From Octopus vulgaris (taxonomy: Eukaryota), in the NCBI GenBank assembly GCA_951406725.2, contig OX597832.1, forward strand, positions 60,388,001 through 60,452,000: a stretch of 64,000 nucleotides of DNA. The letters are read 5' to 3'. Under the pieces are notes generated by a model. The model made no database searches and was not told the DNA's origin. It saw only the letters and a list, made by a program, of their open reading frames with translations. A program made the translations under genes and the position numbers. Below, in pieces: positions 43,189-57,503 of the stretch (the first letter of the stretch is position 1; the number at the start of each line of letters is the position of its first letter).

Positions 43189-45489
43189 GGCATAAAGCGT
43201 CGCAAGCGGCGAATCAAAGAATTGTAGCTGACTGTTAGCATTAAAGGAGCGTTCTTCAAATGTTCTGATTAAAGACTACACCCTTTATGTATCGGTAGGT
43301 ATTGAACTGTTTCTTTTTGTTTGATGCCAAAATGACATTGGGTTGGAAGAAAATTGTTGACTTTGAAATTATTTAGGTCTTTTTATTCTAACATCAATTA
43401 TTAGTAGTTAATAGTACTAACATTATTATTACTATAGGCCTTTGTAAATACATTAACCAAACCACAAGACTCACAAATTGACTATCATAACTGATGATGA
43501 TAATAATAAGTACATAATGTGTTTTTGAATCGGTGGGAACTTTTTTTTCTTTCTTTTGTAAGTTTTTGATGTAGTTTCAAATTCAGTATACGAGGCTGAC
43601 AGTTGGGTGAATATACAATAAATATTACAGATGGTCAGAGAAATAAAATGGTTGTTTGATGCTAGTATAATTTTTGGAAATTATCTGAACTTACTTTTAG
43701 TTTCATGTCTTATTTACCGAATATCAATCTTTATTTTTTTGAATGGTTTCAGCAACAACCAAATCAGGCCTCAGTACTACCTTCAAGGATTTGAGTCAGT
43801 TATATTGATCATCTGCTTCCAATATACATATATATATATTTCAGTCTAGTACCTATTTTTTTTATCAATCTCTACTTGCTGAACTGCTGCTACATAGTGA
43901 TTTGCAGATATTTTAAGAGATGTTACATACAGCAGAAGGAAGGAAGATGATTTTGAAGGAATTAGTTAAAAACTGTGAAACCACTTTTTATATAGTTAGA
44001 TGTATTAACTACACAACATTTTGGATTTAGTTGAATTGGATTTATAAAGTTTCAAATTCAGAAGGACACAATACATGCAACGAATGAAATTTTTTTAAAT
44101 TTCTTAAAATGTTTGTTTACCATTTTTTCTTTCTTTTTTTTTATATCCTTTTGTAATTTCATATTATCTTATATATCATTTACATACGAATACAGAAACT
44201 ATTCTCAAAGTTTTATTCATGTTTTTAAAATCAACAGGTCTTTACGCCATTCAGTTTGAATTGAGCATGTTAAATAAGAGAGGTAGAGAGAAAGTTAAAG
44301 GGGAGAATATCAAGACATTTATTAGTGTTACTTTAGATAATGAATAGGTGGGTATTTTGAATTATTTAGTGCGGTAGGATACCTTTTTATTAAACAGTAG
44401 CAATGTATGGATTGTTTTAATTTTACTATTGTAAATTCACATCAGACCATGATAACTAATGTGTTTTTCTTTTCTCTCTCGTTTTTCCTTCTTTACTTCT
44501 AAGCTTGGTATGTTTATTTGGCATCTTTAAAGTAGATAAACCAAAATACTCAACAATCAGAATTTGTTAATTAGCGTTCATAATATCATTTCCAACTTTG
44601 GATTTATACAATAAGTCAGATCTAGTTTGACAGGGACAAGGGTGGGTGGGGGGAGTGATATTGATTGCATTTAACTGGGCAAAAGGACTGTTTTGTTTTA
44701 CATTTAGTTTTCAAATTTATCATAATTTGTTTTTTTTTTTGTTTTTATTTTTTAAAGAGAAACCAGTATATCACTGGGGCTAATTTTTATTTTATTGACC
44801 CCGTAGGAGTGAAACGTAAAAGTCAACCTCTGCCAGATTTGAGCTAAGAATATCGGAGAGTTTTAGTGATAGGATGCTGTAAGGTGGAGGAGTAATATTG
44901 GCATCTTCCTGCAAAGAAAGTCATTTCAGTGCCTCAACCATCATCCCGTTCAAAGCAGATAGCAACCGACAAAATGATGAGAAACCCCAGTAAACTGGGG
45001 AAAGGTGAGAGCAAGAAAAGGCAGGTGGAGGGAAATATAAGTGGTTTGTAATGACAAAAATATTAACAAATAGAAACATGCAAATGGAATAAGCATAATG
45101 CTGTGAGACAGGTTTCTTTTCTTTCTTTTAAATTTAATTAAAAAAAAAATTTTTTAGTGTTTTAAGTATTATTATTGTTATTATTATTCTTAGGCTGTTT
45201 AAAATTCAACATCCTGGTCACACAGGCTTAGCTGGCAGAAAATACATACACGCACACACAATTTTATACACATATGCTTACACGCCCACAGAATTAGATA
45301 GAGAGTGAGTGAGAGCAATACAAGCTCACATGTTTCAACAGAAAAAAAAAAGAACAATAAAAGTCACAATAAACATTTAAAGCAAAAGCAGAAGCAGATA
45401 AGCAGCAATAGTGGCGGAATGCATAAAAACAACAAATGATAGCATTAAAACATTGATGGCATCATCTGGACGACACATCCTTAACAACC

Positions 45490-45826
45490 AATAAGAAACT
45501 TGGTCTACCAGTTTATTTATTTATTTATTTATTTCTTATTTTTTTTAAATATATATTTTTCTTTTACTTGTATATATATATTTTTTTTGGATTTTTCATA
45601 TTTTTTTCATTTTACTTCTAAGATATAACTAAGACATGCAAAATTACAAGCAATGTTAAAAAAAAAAAATAAAAGACTGTCTGGTTATCCAGCTTTTTTT
45701 TTTGCTTTTTTTTTTAGACTGTAACAAAATCACCAAGGGTGACAGGACTTCAACCAGCACAATGAAATGATATATCAGCAAAAAGATTCACTAAACTTCA
45801 ATATATATATATATATATATGTATAC

Positions 45827-45857
<31 letters not shown>

Positions 45858-45928
45858 CATATATATGTATATATATTTATATATATGTATATACATATAT
45901 GTATATATATTTATATATATGTATATAC

Positions 45929-45959
<31 letters not shown>

Positions 45960-48440
45960 CACACACACATACATATATATATACACACATATGATATATA
46001 AAGTAATATATATTGGATATAGCATTATATAATGCAATACATATTATCTAATATACCATACAACTTATATATATACATACATATACATATATATATATAT
46101 TATAACATACAACTAACTTATATATAAATTATACATACATTATTATATAACTTATATATAAATTATACATACATATTATATATATTATATATATAAATAC
46201 ATACATTATATATATATGGATGGATGGATGGATGGGTGTGTGTTTTATATTTGATATACTCCATACCCAACAACTTAAAAAAAAATACCTTTTTTTTTTA
46301 ACCTTTGTATTTTTTACTTTCCCCAATGTAATCCAATGTTAGCTTTCACCAAATCAGGCTGACTTGTCAAAAGAAAAAAAATAGGAGGGGAGGGCAAGGG
46401 GAATCAGTTAAATCTAAAGAGCCAATTAATTTGTTTTTAATTTCAAATTAGTTTCGTCAGGTTTTTTCTTATTTTTTTCTTTCTTTTTTTTTTTTTCTTT
46501 TTACAACACAACAACTCTTAATACCATAGAAGTCTCATTTTTCGGACAGATAGAAAAATCTGTGAGGGACAATACCTGGATTTTTTTTTTCCATTTCTCA
46601 TTATAGGTACTTTTCTAAAAAAAAAAAGGGATTTTTATGGGATGGTGAGGGGTTGGGAGTTGAAAGGAAGATAAACGTTAAGAAAAACAATCTTTTAACA
46701 AATAGACTACCTGACTTCAAATAAGAAGAAATTGTTAATATTTTTTTTAATTTAAAAAAAAATTTTTTTTTCCATATTTTTTGTGTGAGTGGCACGTCAA
46801 TGATTGGATCTCGCAATAGGAAAATTAATATTAATATTAATATTAATAATAATAATAACCATAACAATTATAATGACAAAAGAAACTACAGAAATCAACT
46901 AGATGAAATAAACTAGACAAATGTGTCCGTATAATATACATGTGTGTGTGTATACACACACACACATGTATATATACATGTATATGTATATAAATTACTA
47001 ACAACAGCTACAACTGAAGTAAAGTAAATGAACAAACATTAAAAATAAACAATTGAAAGAAAATAAGATGGACCTTAACCTTACTGTAATTCCCAATGTA
47101 ATTTTACACATGAATATACAAGGAAAAATACACATTTACATGCTAGCACAAAACATACATGTATATTGTGTTTTTTTATGCGAGAATGTGCATATAAAGA
47201 TATATACACACACATATAAATATATACATGAACTGATGTCATCAACCCTGATGATCAATTGATATACATATATATATATATACACACATATATATGACAG
47301 CACATGTAGTAGTCAAATTAAATGCTTCACTAGAATTTATGCATTACATAATTTTAAGTGCAACAGAAATGAATGTTGATGACCAACTTGCAAAGTAGTT
47401 TCTTTAATCAATCACGACCAAAATTAATTTACTATGCCTGGTCTTCTACTAATTCAAGAATGGACCAATGAGAGAGCATCTACATGATTGCTTGACTGAC
47501 AGAAATTGCAGCCAAATCTCCCTCAAATCAAACCCTGCCATCTTCAACAAGGACACATTAGATGCAGTCTTAGATGCCTCTAGATTGATAGGATGGTCAT
47601 AGCTGGAATGTCCTTGAACATAGTATTTACTTAATCAAGGTTGATTTGGGGTGATTTAAGACTAACAGAATAAAGAACTACTCCCTCAAAGAAAAAAAAA
47701 ATGAAAAGAAGAAATGGTCAAAGAGGTGTTGGAATATCTCTAATCCCTCTGAACCCTTTTAACACCATGATAAATGGAATATAAACCAAAAATCTCCAAC
47801 AGGAACTTATAAACCTACTCTGAGAAATGCTGAACAAATCTGAAGACTTAAAAAAAACTTTCTCTCATTTTAGACAAAAAATATAAATAAACAAACGAAG
47901 GATGATACCTTATTAATATTTAAACTAAGAGGGTTTCCTCTAGAGAAAATAGTTAAAAATAATTTGAGCACTTAAATCCAACCCTTAAATCCCTAAAAAA
48001 TTATGCAAATTAATAACAAGATGAAGGCTGGTTAAACAAGTTTGGGTTGTTGTGTATTGTGATTTTTTTGTTGTTTTGTTGTCACTTTTCTTTTTAAAGT
48101 ATATATTTAGATTGATGAAAACTACATTTTAAGGGCTTAAAATAAGCAGTTGCACAAAGCTGACATTATTTGGAAAAAAGGGGATTGAGACATAAAAAAA
48201 AAGTCATTTCACAATGCAGGCAGAAAAAAAGCAAGAAGAGGTTAAAAAAGACAAAAAAAAAAAAATGATTAAAAAAATAAAACACAGGTTGAAGTTCCTG
48301 GGGCTTGCTTGTTTTATAGGAAGGAGCTGCTGCTGATGCTGCTGGAAAAGGGTTGCTTTTTTTTTTTTGGTGTGGCCAGTTGAGTTTGAATGCCCAACAC
48401 ACAAGCGAAGCAAATGTTATGCAGGCTTTTTGCTAAGATG

Positions 48441-48478
<38 letters not shown>

Positions 48479-48575
48479 GTAAAATTAATAAATAAATGAA
48501 AAAAAAGTAAAAATACCAACCAAAAACAGTGAAAAGTATCTTTTTTCTGTTGTGAAATTTTTCAATAAAAAAGTA

Positions 48576-48622
<47 letters not shown>

Positions 48623-49331
48623 TTTATAAAAACAAAAGAAGTAAAAAAAGACCATCGGATTGAAATTCTTTCGATGACAGGGTTTCACCCCAAACTAAAA
48701 CAGTGTTTTCATTTTTCGTTTTTTTTCTTTGATAACAATGTATATATAATACAAGAAATAAACAAAAAAACAATTTAAAAAAAAAAGAAATTTCTGTTGT
48801 TTCTTAATATTTATGGATTATTATTATTATTTCTTTCGTTTTTTTTTTAATCTTTCTTTCTGTACCACATGGTTTCTTCTTCCGACCAGCAAAAAATGAG
48901 GGGAGGGGGTTCGCCCCACGCCAAAAAAGAAAAAGATTTAAACAACAGGACATAACAAAAAAAAAAAAATTAAAATGTAATAAAACATAAAAAATATGAA
49001 AACAAAAATGTTTCAAAATATTTTTGAGAAAAAAATGACGACGTTTACACTAATTAACTAGAGACTGACTCTGGCGTTATCTCTGCCCAAAATGTTGGTG
49101 AATTTAGAATTTAGTGTGAAATGAGGGATGGAAAAAAAAATAACCCTCAATAATAAAATCAGCATTAGAATTATTGGTTTCTTTTGGTTAAGGGCAAGGC
49201 CCGTATATAATATTTCCTTTTCTTTTAAGTAGAGGGGAAAATCAGACGTTAAGACGTCCATAACCTTTCCATTGGGAGGATGGTAACATTAGCGGTGTAA
49301 GCAAAGTGAAATAAATGACTTCAACCGAGAA
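45490..49331 (-). other. Putative long 3' UTR of muscleblind, with candidate poly(A) signals near 45512-45535
   Basis: U-rich on the minus strand and almost free of SINEs. Overlapping AATAAA motifs on the minus strand (plus strand tttatttatttattt) are followed by GU/U-rich sequence. The end point is inferred. Confidence 0.4.
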
Positions 49332-49429
49332 TCAAAACCGGGTCGCAGTTTCGGTTCTCTGGGAGGGTACCACTTGTTCTGCATTATGGCACTCGCCACA
49401 ATTAGCATGACAATTATTTTGTAGGTCGT
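49332..49429 (-). CDS. Candidate last coding exon of an alternative muscleblind C-terminus
   Basis: Acceptor ttattttacctattgtccag|. Phase 1 reads DDLQNNCHANCGECHNAEQVVPSQRTETATRF* (TGA at 49332-49334). It is followed by kilobases of U-rich, SINE-poor sequence. Confidence 0.5.
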
Positions 49430-49749
49430 CTGGACAATAGGTAAAATAAATTTTCAAAAATAGAAAATAGATAAAAAGAGGGTGAGCAAGCACCAGACTC
49501 TTTTATTTTTGTTCTGTTTTTTTTTTTTTCCATTTTAATTAAGAAGGAATGATGTTAACTTGTAGTGATTTGGAGTAGGATAATGGTATAAGAAAAGACA
49601 GGAAGAAGTTTTCATGAATCGTTTTGGAACAAGACTGAAGATCATAAACAGTGGAACAAGAAAGAATGGAAGATAAAAGCAAATACTGAGAAAGAGATGA
49701 AGAAAAGAAACAGAAGACAGAAGATAAAAGAGAGCTGAAACAGATTCAC

Positions 49750-49809
49750 CTCTCTCCAAAATAATGCTTCCTTCAATGGGCATGATGCCTGTAGACTTCA
49801 TAGGGGCAA
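49750..49809 (-). CDS. Candidate 60-nt phase-1 symmetric exon of the muscleblind locus
   Basis: Acceptor catctctattcag| and donor GAG|GTGAAT. Only phase 1 is open across the exon: xAPMKSTGIMPIEGSIILER. It splices in frame to the exon starting at 49429. Confidence 0.5.
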
Positions 49810-51059
49810 CTGAATAGAGATGTTCTTGTAGTGCCTGTGTCCGTCTCATTGGCATTAGAAATGTGGATAGTACATACAAAGTCATCCACAAGAAAAAAGA
49901 GAAAATGGTGATTAGAGACCATCAGAGAGAGAGAGAGAGACAGAGAATAGAGAATCTTTACAGAAATTTGAAAGTACTGAGATAGCAATCAAAACATTGA
50001 AACGCAGATAATTATTTGAAAAATGAGGAATAAACAACGAACACAGTTCACAGCCAAGAGTGAAGGTTTTCTGGCAAGTGTGTTAATTTAGGAAGTCATT
50101 GCAAGATGAAAATGAAGAACAGTTTCAAAACCAGACTAGAGGATGTATGGCCCATCTCTCTCTCCTTCTATCTATTATTCCAGTTAACTTACATTGTTAA
50201 GCATGAGAATTAAGGAAAGGACAGAATAACTGTTTGGAATCATAAATCAAGTTATGTATATATACGAGTATACATACACACATATATACATATGCACAAA
50301 TTCATATTTATACAAAAAGAAAATAGAATAACACAAACTGACATATAATAATAATAATAATAATAATAATAAGAGAAAGAAAAAAGGAAAATGAAGAGGT
50401 GGGTAAGTGGATATATTTTTCTTACCACAAACCCGACAATAAGATTAAGATTTGGACGATTCATCTGGGCAAGACGGAGAATTTGTTGGTTTTATGTATT
50501 GCAAACCAACATAATGTAAGTCTTGATAACAAAAATCCCATTGGAGATAAGGGCTGTGAAGTTTATCAACACATGAAAACAATACTACTATACATTACTA
50601 TTACTACTGTTACTATGGACATTGCTTGTTGTTGTTGTTGTTGTAACCACCTTCGTTATGTAGCTGAGGGCAGGAAATTATTAGGATGTAAGAGCATCCA
50701 GTTGCTATTTTGAATAAGTAATGTTCTAAATGTATTGTTAGTGTGGCTTTTGTTCTGTGACAATGAAACAAAGCCATAGGAGTCCATTCAGGTATGCAGA
50801 GGGGTTTAGCATGTATGAACGAGGGCACACGTCTGAGTGCATACGCATGCGGATACAATGCACCACTTTAATAATTGGCTGGTGTGAAGTGTACTTTAGA
50901 ATGGAAGTAGATATCTTCCATATTACATCCTACAAGTCTGGTTACTGTTTCAGTGAGCTCTGACTGAGCATACCTAAGATCAAAGGCATCTCAGCCATGA
51001 CCATCTTTTCATTTCCAGACATTGTGTGTGTATATGTATATATATGTATATATATATAT

Positions 51060-51180
51060 TGGCCTGCTCGCTTAGCCAGTGGGGTGGCGTCATTCGAAGG
51101 CTAAAACAATGCGAACGCATTGTGACCAGCGATGTGTAACTACATCTGATGGACTGGTCGGTCACGTGATCACGTGATAT
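51060..51180. repeat. Short GC-richer element embedded in a (TA)n microsatellite
   Basis: Sharp boundaries within a TA tract. It ends in the palindrome TCACGTGATCACGTGA. Confidence 0.6.
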
Positions 51181-51181
51181 A

Positions 51182-51234
<53 letters not shown>

Positions 51235-51709
51235 GTATGTATTTATGTATGTATAGGAATACATTAGCCAATACAACCCACCATTTTCGTCTTTTTCGCA
51301 AGAGTGTACAGTATAATTTGAGAGATTTGCTGCAATCACTAGCAGGTCAAGCAACCACATATAGGTCGCTTTCATTGGCTTGTCCCATTAGTTTGATTAT
51401 GGGGACAAGTGGTAACATACTCTCTTTTTTCATTTCAATAGGGGATGGGGACCATGAAAAAAAAAAAAGAAAAAGTGAAGATTGGCTGTTTTAGGGATGC
51501 AATCGAAATATATACAATTTTTTTCCCAGAAATATTTCTTTTGCAAGGCATTGCAAGGAACATCACCAAACAAGAGAGGTGAGCCAATCTGATTCTAGCC
51601 CCACCAAGAAAATAGTTGCAGACTTCTTAAGAAAGACTGACATACATAGAAACATACATACATACATTATATATGCACATAAATTACATATATATATATA
51701 AATATATGA

Positions 51710-51740
<31 letters not shown>

Positions 51741-52359
51741 CGTACATACATTACATACACATATATATAGATGTATATATCAGGTCGTATATTTCCTCCT
51801 TCCTGATTTATTCATTTAGTCTTGGTGCAAGTGTGAAGTTCGCTATAATTCATCATAAATAAATTTTGGGCGGAAAACTATTCACAATCATACAATGAAT
51901 TTATTACTTATTATCATTATTACAGATATTCAAAAATGTCTCCTTTAAAGTAAAATATTTTCACGTTCAAAAATTTAAACCAATTCTTACTCATAACGAA
52001 GAATTCATATACAATGTGATGTTGACAACAACACTGCAGTATCTTTTATATATATATATATATTATATATATACATATAATTATATATGTGCTATATATA
52101 CACAGACTGAAAGAGAGTAAAGTGTGACTAAATATAAAGATTACATACAATAAAACTTCACTTATTTTACTCATTATAAACTTAAGACTTCCCACACAAA
52201 CATGCACAAAAATTTTTTCTTACTCTCAAAACTAAGACATCAACAACAAAACTACTACAATATTTTTCGTTTCTTTTTTTCCATGCTTTTTGCGTTTTTT
52301 TGTTTGTATTTCTTTTTTTACAAAAATGATGTCTGCGAGCAAAAAGAAAAATGCCTCAC

Positions 52360-52398
52360 TCCTATTTTTCACGGCAGTCCTTGGGCTTGATGTGGGGC
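52360..52398 (-). CDS. Candidate 39-nt phase-1 symmetric cassette exon of the muscleblind locus
   Basis: Weak acceptor gttttgaataag| and donor GGA|GTGAGG. Open in phase 1 as xPTSSPRTAVKNR. It is preceded by a YGCY cluster and is locally CpG-retaining in otherwise AT-rich DNA. Confidence 0.4.
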
Positions 52399-53463
52399 CT
52401 TATTCAAAACAGAACAGGACGGCAGCGCAAACAGCAAGGGCGGTTGAAATATGACAACCCGAATGTTAAGGACACAAATTAATGATGCTGAACTACCCCC
52501 TCCCCACCACCATTGGAAACAACTGGACATAAAAATATGGTTCGAAATAGTTCTAGAACCATCGGTACATGGCAGTCCACAGCAGTAAACCTTGAGTTAT
52601 GTGAGCGAGTTTCTTGTGTGTTGGGTATATATACATATACACACATAACATTGTTTTTGAATTCAAAAATGTGCTTGTGGTAGAAGTATGTTATATGATT
52701 GTGTGTGTGTGTGTATGTGTGTGTGAGAGAGAGAGAGAGAGAGTCTGTATGCAGTAACCTAAGAAACATTGGGGGTTATACATCTCAGACTAGATGTATA
52801 AACATTCTTAGCCATGTATATTGTATGAATTTGCAACACTTGTACCAAAGTGTTCACCCAGATAGATGTGTGTGTGTATGTGTGTGAGAGAGAGAGGGAG
52901 AGAGAGAATTTGTGTAAGAGTAATTGTGATGAAAAAAAAATGGATTAGGATAGAAAGAATGAACTAGAATCAGTCAAACAAGAATAACTTCATACCAGTT
53001 TTGGGAATAGGGCATTGTTTTTTTTTAAAGTCTTTATCACAACTAGGCACAGAGGATCTTACTACAAATATGTCTCAGATATACATATATATATATATAT
53101 ATATATCAGACAGAAGAGAGGAGTGAAATGAAGGAGAGTGACAGTGAGAAATATTTCATTCAATTAAATTAATGGTTTTACACTTAACCATTATGTATTA
53201 GAACAAAAGACAAAAACTTGAAAGAGATTAAATTTGATTTTAAAGACAAAGTAGAGAGAAAGGTAGAAAGACAAAAAATAGGAAGTAAAAAATCGCAGGG
53301 GAAGTAGAGACAGAAAGAAAACATTAATCCTTACAATACAGGCTGTTTTTATAAACTGAGGTGGGGTGGGGTGGATTCTCACAAGGTTTTATTCTCTTTT
53401 ATTGAGCTTTGTGGCGACAATAAATGAAATTTCAAATCGGAATCAATCCTCAGCACTACTCAC

Positions 53464-53507
53464 ACACAGCACATATTAAAGAAGAAAGCTGGGAATGTCA
53501 ACCCCAC
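53464..53507 (-). CDS. Candidate alternative (terminal or poison) exon of the muscleblind locus
   Basis: Acceptor ttttggtcattacag| and donor TGT|GTGAGT, 44 nt. Phase 1 reads xGVDIPSFLL*. Phase 0 reads VGLTFPAFFFNMCC up to the donor. Support is splice signals only. Confidence 0.35.
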
Positions 53508-53683
53508 CTGTAATGACCAAAATATGTTGAATAGTTTTAAATGACATGGTGAGAGAGAGAGAGAGAGGGAGAGAGGAGATGGAGGGAGACATTGTGTAAC
53601 TGTCAGAGACAGAAGAGATACACACAAAAAATAGAAAAAAAAATGGGGTTGGAAAGGTGCAGAGATAACGCCCGGCCACAACG

Positions 53684-53717
<34 letters not shown>

Positions 53718-54774
53718 TATACATATACACACACATATATATATACACATATATATATATTCTACTGTCTACGATAACTACTACAGTTTGGATGTTGAGT
53801 AAAAATATCACAAATGCTATCATATGGTGAAGTTATTATCTAATACAAGATTAACACCACAGACGATGCCATCATGTTTTTTTTTTATAATGGCTCGTTT
53901 AAAATTTTATTAATATCATATTTTTTTGTTTGTTTTCAAATTTTTTTTTCAAAGATTTTAGGTTAAATTTTATAATTATTTGAAATTTTTTTTTTTTTGA
54001 AATTATTTTTTTCCTTTCACTTTTTGAAATTGGAAGGTTTGTCCTTTGTCAAATTCAAAAAAATATTAAATATCATCATTGTCTGAAATTTCCAATAGTT
54101 TCCAACCATGATTTTGAATTCCCCCATAATTTCTAAAATGAAAAAAAAAAGACAAAAAATAGTCTTAAAAATTATTTAGAAAAAAAACCCACTTTTTTTT
54201 CAAAAAATCAAATACACTTTTCAATTTCTTTTATGCATAATTATACATTCATATAAATATGTATGTTTATGTGTGTGTGTTTATGAATGCATGTGTGTTT
54301 ATATATACATATATATACATATACGTACATACACCAACATGCATGCAAACACATTAACCATACATGCATATATATATACAAATACATTTGTATATGTTGT
54401 ATGCACACATGCATATATATATATGCATGCAGGCACATACACACACATAGATGCATACAAACATTTAAATTTACATTTATGTACACACAAAAAGTACATG
54501 TGCATTTATATATATACACAAACACACACATGTATGTACAAGATTATATATATATATATATATATAAATACATACACACATATACATATATACATACACA
54601 CATATATAAAATATACATATGTATGTATTAGGAAGATGAAGTATAGAAAGAAGGGAAAATGCTTCTTACACACCTTTGACCTATTAAAGGTTTATGCAGT
54701 TTTAAAAAAATGAAACAACAAAAAAATATACTGCCCCCCCCACCCACCAAAACAAACTATAATAATAATAATAA

Positions 54775-55005
54775 TTTCTAATACAGGCACAAAGGCCGAG
54801 CCTTGTGAGTGGGGGCAGAAGAGTTTAGTTGATTAAATCAACCCCAGTACTTGACTGGTACTTTATTTCATTGACCCTCACCGGAGAGTTGAAAGGCAAA
54901 GTTGGCCTTGCCGGGATTTGAACAGAGAACCTAAAGAGTTGAAACTGAATACCGAAAAGTATTTTGTTTCGGCATTCTAATAAGTCTGCCAATCCACCAT
55001 CTTTA
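54775..55005 (-). mobile_element. SINE, family A (older copy); further decayed copies at about 55665, 58500, 60960 and 61150
   Basis: GGCACAAAGGCC..ATCAACCCCAGTACTTGACTGGTAC..GAAAGGCAAAG..ATTTGAAC, flanked by (AAT)n. Confidence 0.8.
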
Positions 55006-55548
55006 ATAATAATAATAATAATAAATCATAACATCACTCCAATATCAAGGTGGGCTTCTTTCTTGTGTATGTGTGTGCATGTGTGTGTGTGTGTATTTTA
55101 CTTCTTTTTATCAAGTTTCTGTGAAGAATTTGGATGGTTTCTGAACCAAGATGAATGAATAGATTTTTTAAACACCAAACAATTGTTTTAGTACAACTGA
55201 AATAAAGACCACCAGGAGAATATTTATATATTTATACACCCATGCATTTATACAGACACACATATGTGTATATGTATATAGAAATATATATATATATGCA
55301 CACACATAAAACACACACACAGATTTTTGTGATTTGTTTTCTTCTTTGTTTCATTGTCTCTCTTTTTTTTCATTTTTTTTTGTTTGCTTTTGTTGTTGTG
55401 GTTGTTGTTATTGTCTTTTCAAGCTCAATTTGCTGGCAATAATGAAGGAATTAACGACATACAAAAACAAAAGTATAAAATATTAAAAAAAAACAATACT
55501 TCTTAAAATGCCCCACACCAAAAAATTAAAGAGAATATACATACATAC

Positions 55549-55603
<55 letters not shown>

Positions 55604-56668
55604 TACATACATACACACACACACACACAAATCTCCAGCTTATAATAATAATGATAACAATAATTCTTACATAGGTGAAAGGCCAGAAATTTTGTGAGTG
55701 GGGTAGAAATCAGGAAAGTTAGCTGATTAAATTAATCCTTAGTATTTGACTGGTATCAAATTTTATGTACCATAGTAGAATGAAAGGCAAAGTTATCTTT
55801 GGTGGGATTTGATGAGTGATCGTAAGTAAACACCACAAGGCATTTCCTTTTGACTGAGACTATTTGTTGAATCTTCCACTCTACCATAATAATAATAATA
55901 ATAATAATGATAATTGTTTGTTTTTTTTTTAAAAAAGGTAGGTGTGTAATTTTCAGAATTGATTATTACTGAAATAAAAGTACATAGAGGAAAAGAAGAT
56001 GTGGAGGCGTTCATGTGTCTTTTTTGTAAGTAAGTTGAGTAAATACCCTCCCAACCACCCAAAGGTGGGCATTAGCAATGAACAATGGAGAGGGAAGTGA
56101 TTCTTTTCTTCTCAATCAGCCAAGTGTTGAAACAAGGAGGGAGAACAAAGCTGGATACCTTGATGGCCAATATGAGAAACCCTTAGCGAGTGTGAGGCAT
56201 GCAAAGGGATGCCCTTGTTAGCCAACACCCCTATCATTTCACTAGCCCTTCACACAGACATATACCATTTGCTATGATCCTTATGATGATATTGTCGATG
56301 ATGATGATGATGATAATTATATTTATTACCTCTCAATAGAGCTACAAATTTAAGGTGACATGGTGGTGGAGGCTAGTTGAATAAGAATCTGTGGCATTAA
56401 TGCCTTCATCATGATTACTACAGGATTAATTTGGTTCAAAAACGTATTCATGAGGATAATAATAATGATGATGATGATGTTTGCAACATATATGGCATAT
56501 GGCCAACTATTTTAAAATGGGGAGCAGAGTCCAGCCCCAGTATATGACAGCTACTTATTATAACAGTTTCTAGAAGGATGACCAGCTAAGTCAGACCCAG
56601 CTGGAAGAAACTCACTGCTGCAATAATGGTTTTCTAACACACACACACACACACACAAATATGTGAGA

Positions 56669-56724
<56 letters not shown>

Positions 56725-57025
56725 AAACACACATACATATATGTATACATAAACATGTATACACACACACATATATATATAAACACATACAACAGTAAGC
56801 TAAAAGAACAATGTCATTAGGGTAGTGGGATGGAGATTGGGACTAAAGACCCAAAGGTTGAGCAGTAAAGAAGAAAAAATATATATTTAGCTTGATTCAA
56901 GGTAATCTAAACATTGATAAATTGGTTTTAGAAGTGTACACTTTCATATGAATAGAAGGAAAATACACGTGTGTGTATGCATGTATATATATATATATGT
57001 ATGTACATATATATGAATATGTATG

Positions 57026-57057
<32 letters not shown>

Positions 57058-57459
57058 TGCATACATACATGCATGCATGCACAATCATGCATGTGTGTAT
57101 TTTAGAATGGATGTCAAGTGTGTGCCACATTGATGGACGGAGGAATATATATGGATGTCTGTGTAATTCCTGTAAATATCTGAAAGAAATGGTCTTAAGG
57201 TAATAATAACAATAATAATAATTATCAGCATTATTATTATCACCATCATCATCATTATTAATATTATTATCATCATTATATAGTTAGCAGTTTGAATATA
57301 AGGGTTTTATCATTATTATAAATGAAGATATCATTATTTGTGATATAATTCCAAGTTATGCATGAGTTTAGAGTTTAGTAAAAATGGGGATTTTTTCCAT
57401 ATGTGCCTCACATGACAAACATTTCAAAGCTAGAGAGAAAACAGAACATAGATAGTGTG

Positions 57460-57503
<44 letters not shown>

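Noticed and set aside
51369-51400. Hairpin CTTGTCCCAT..ATGGGGACAAG as a pre-miRNA
   Set aside because: The stem is only about 11-13 bp and does not extend.
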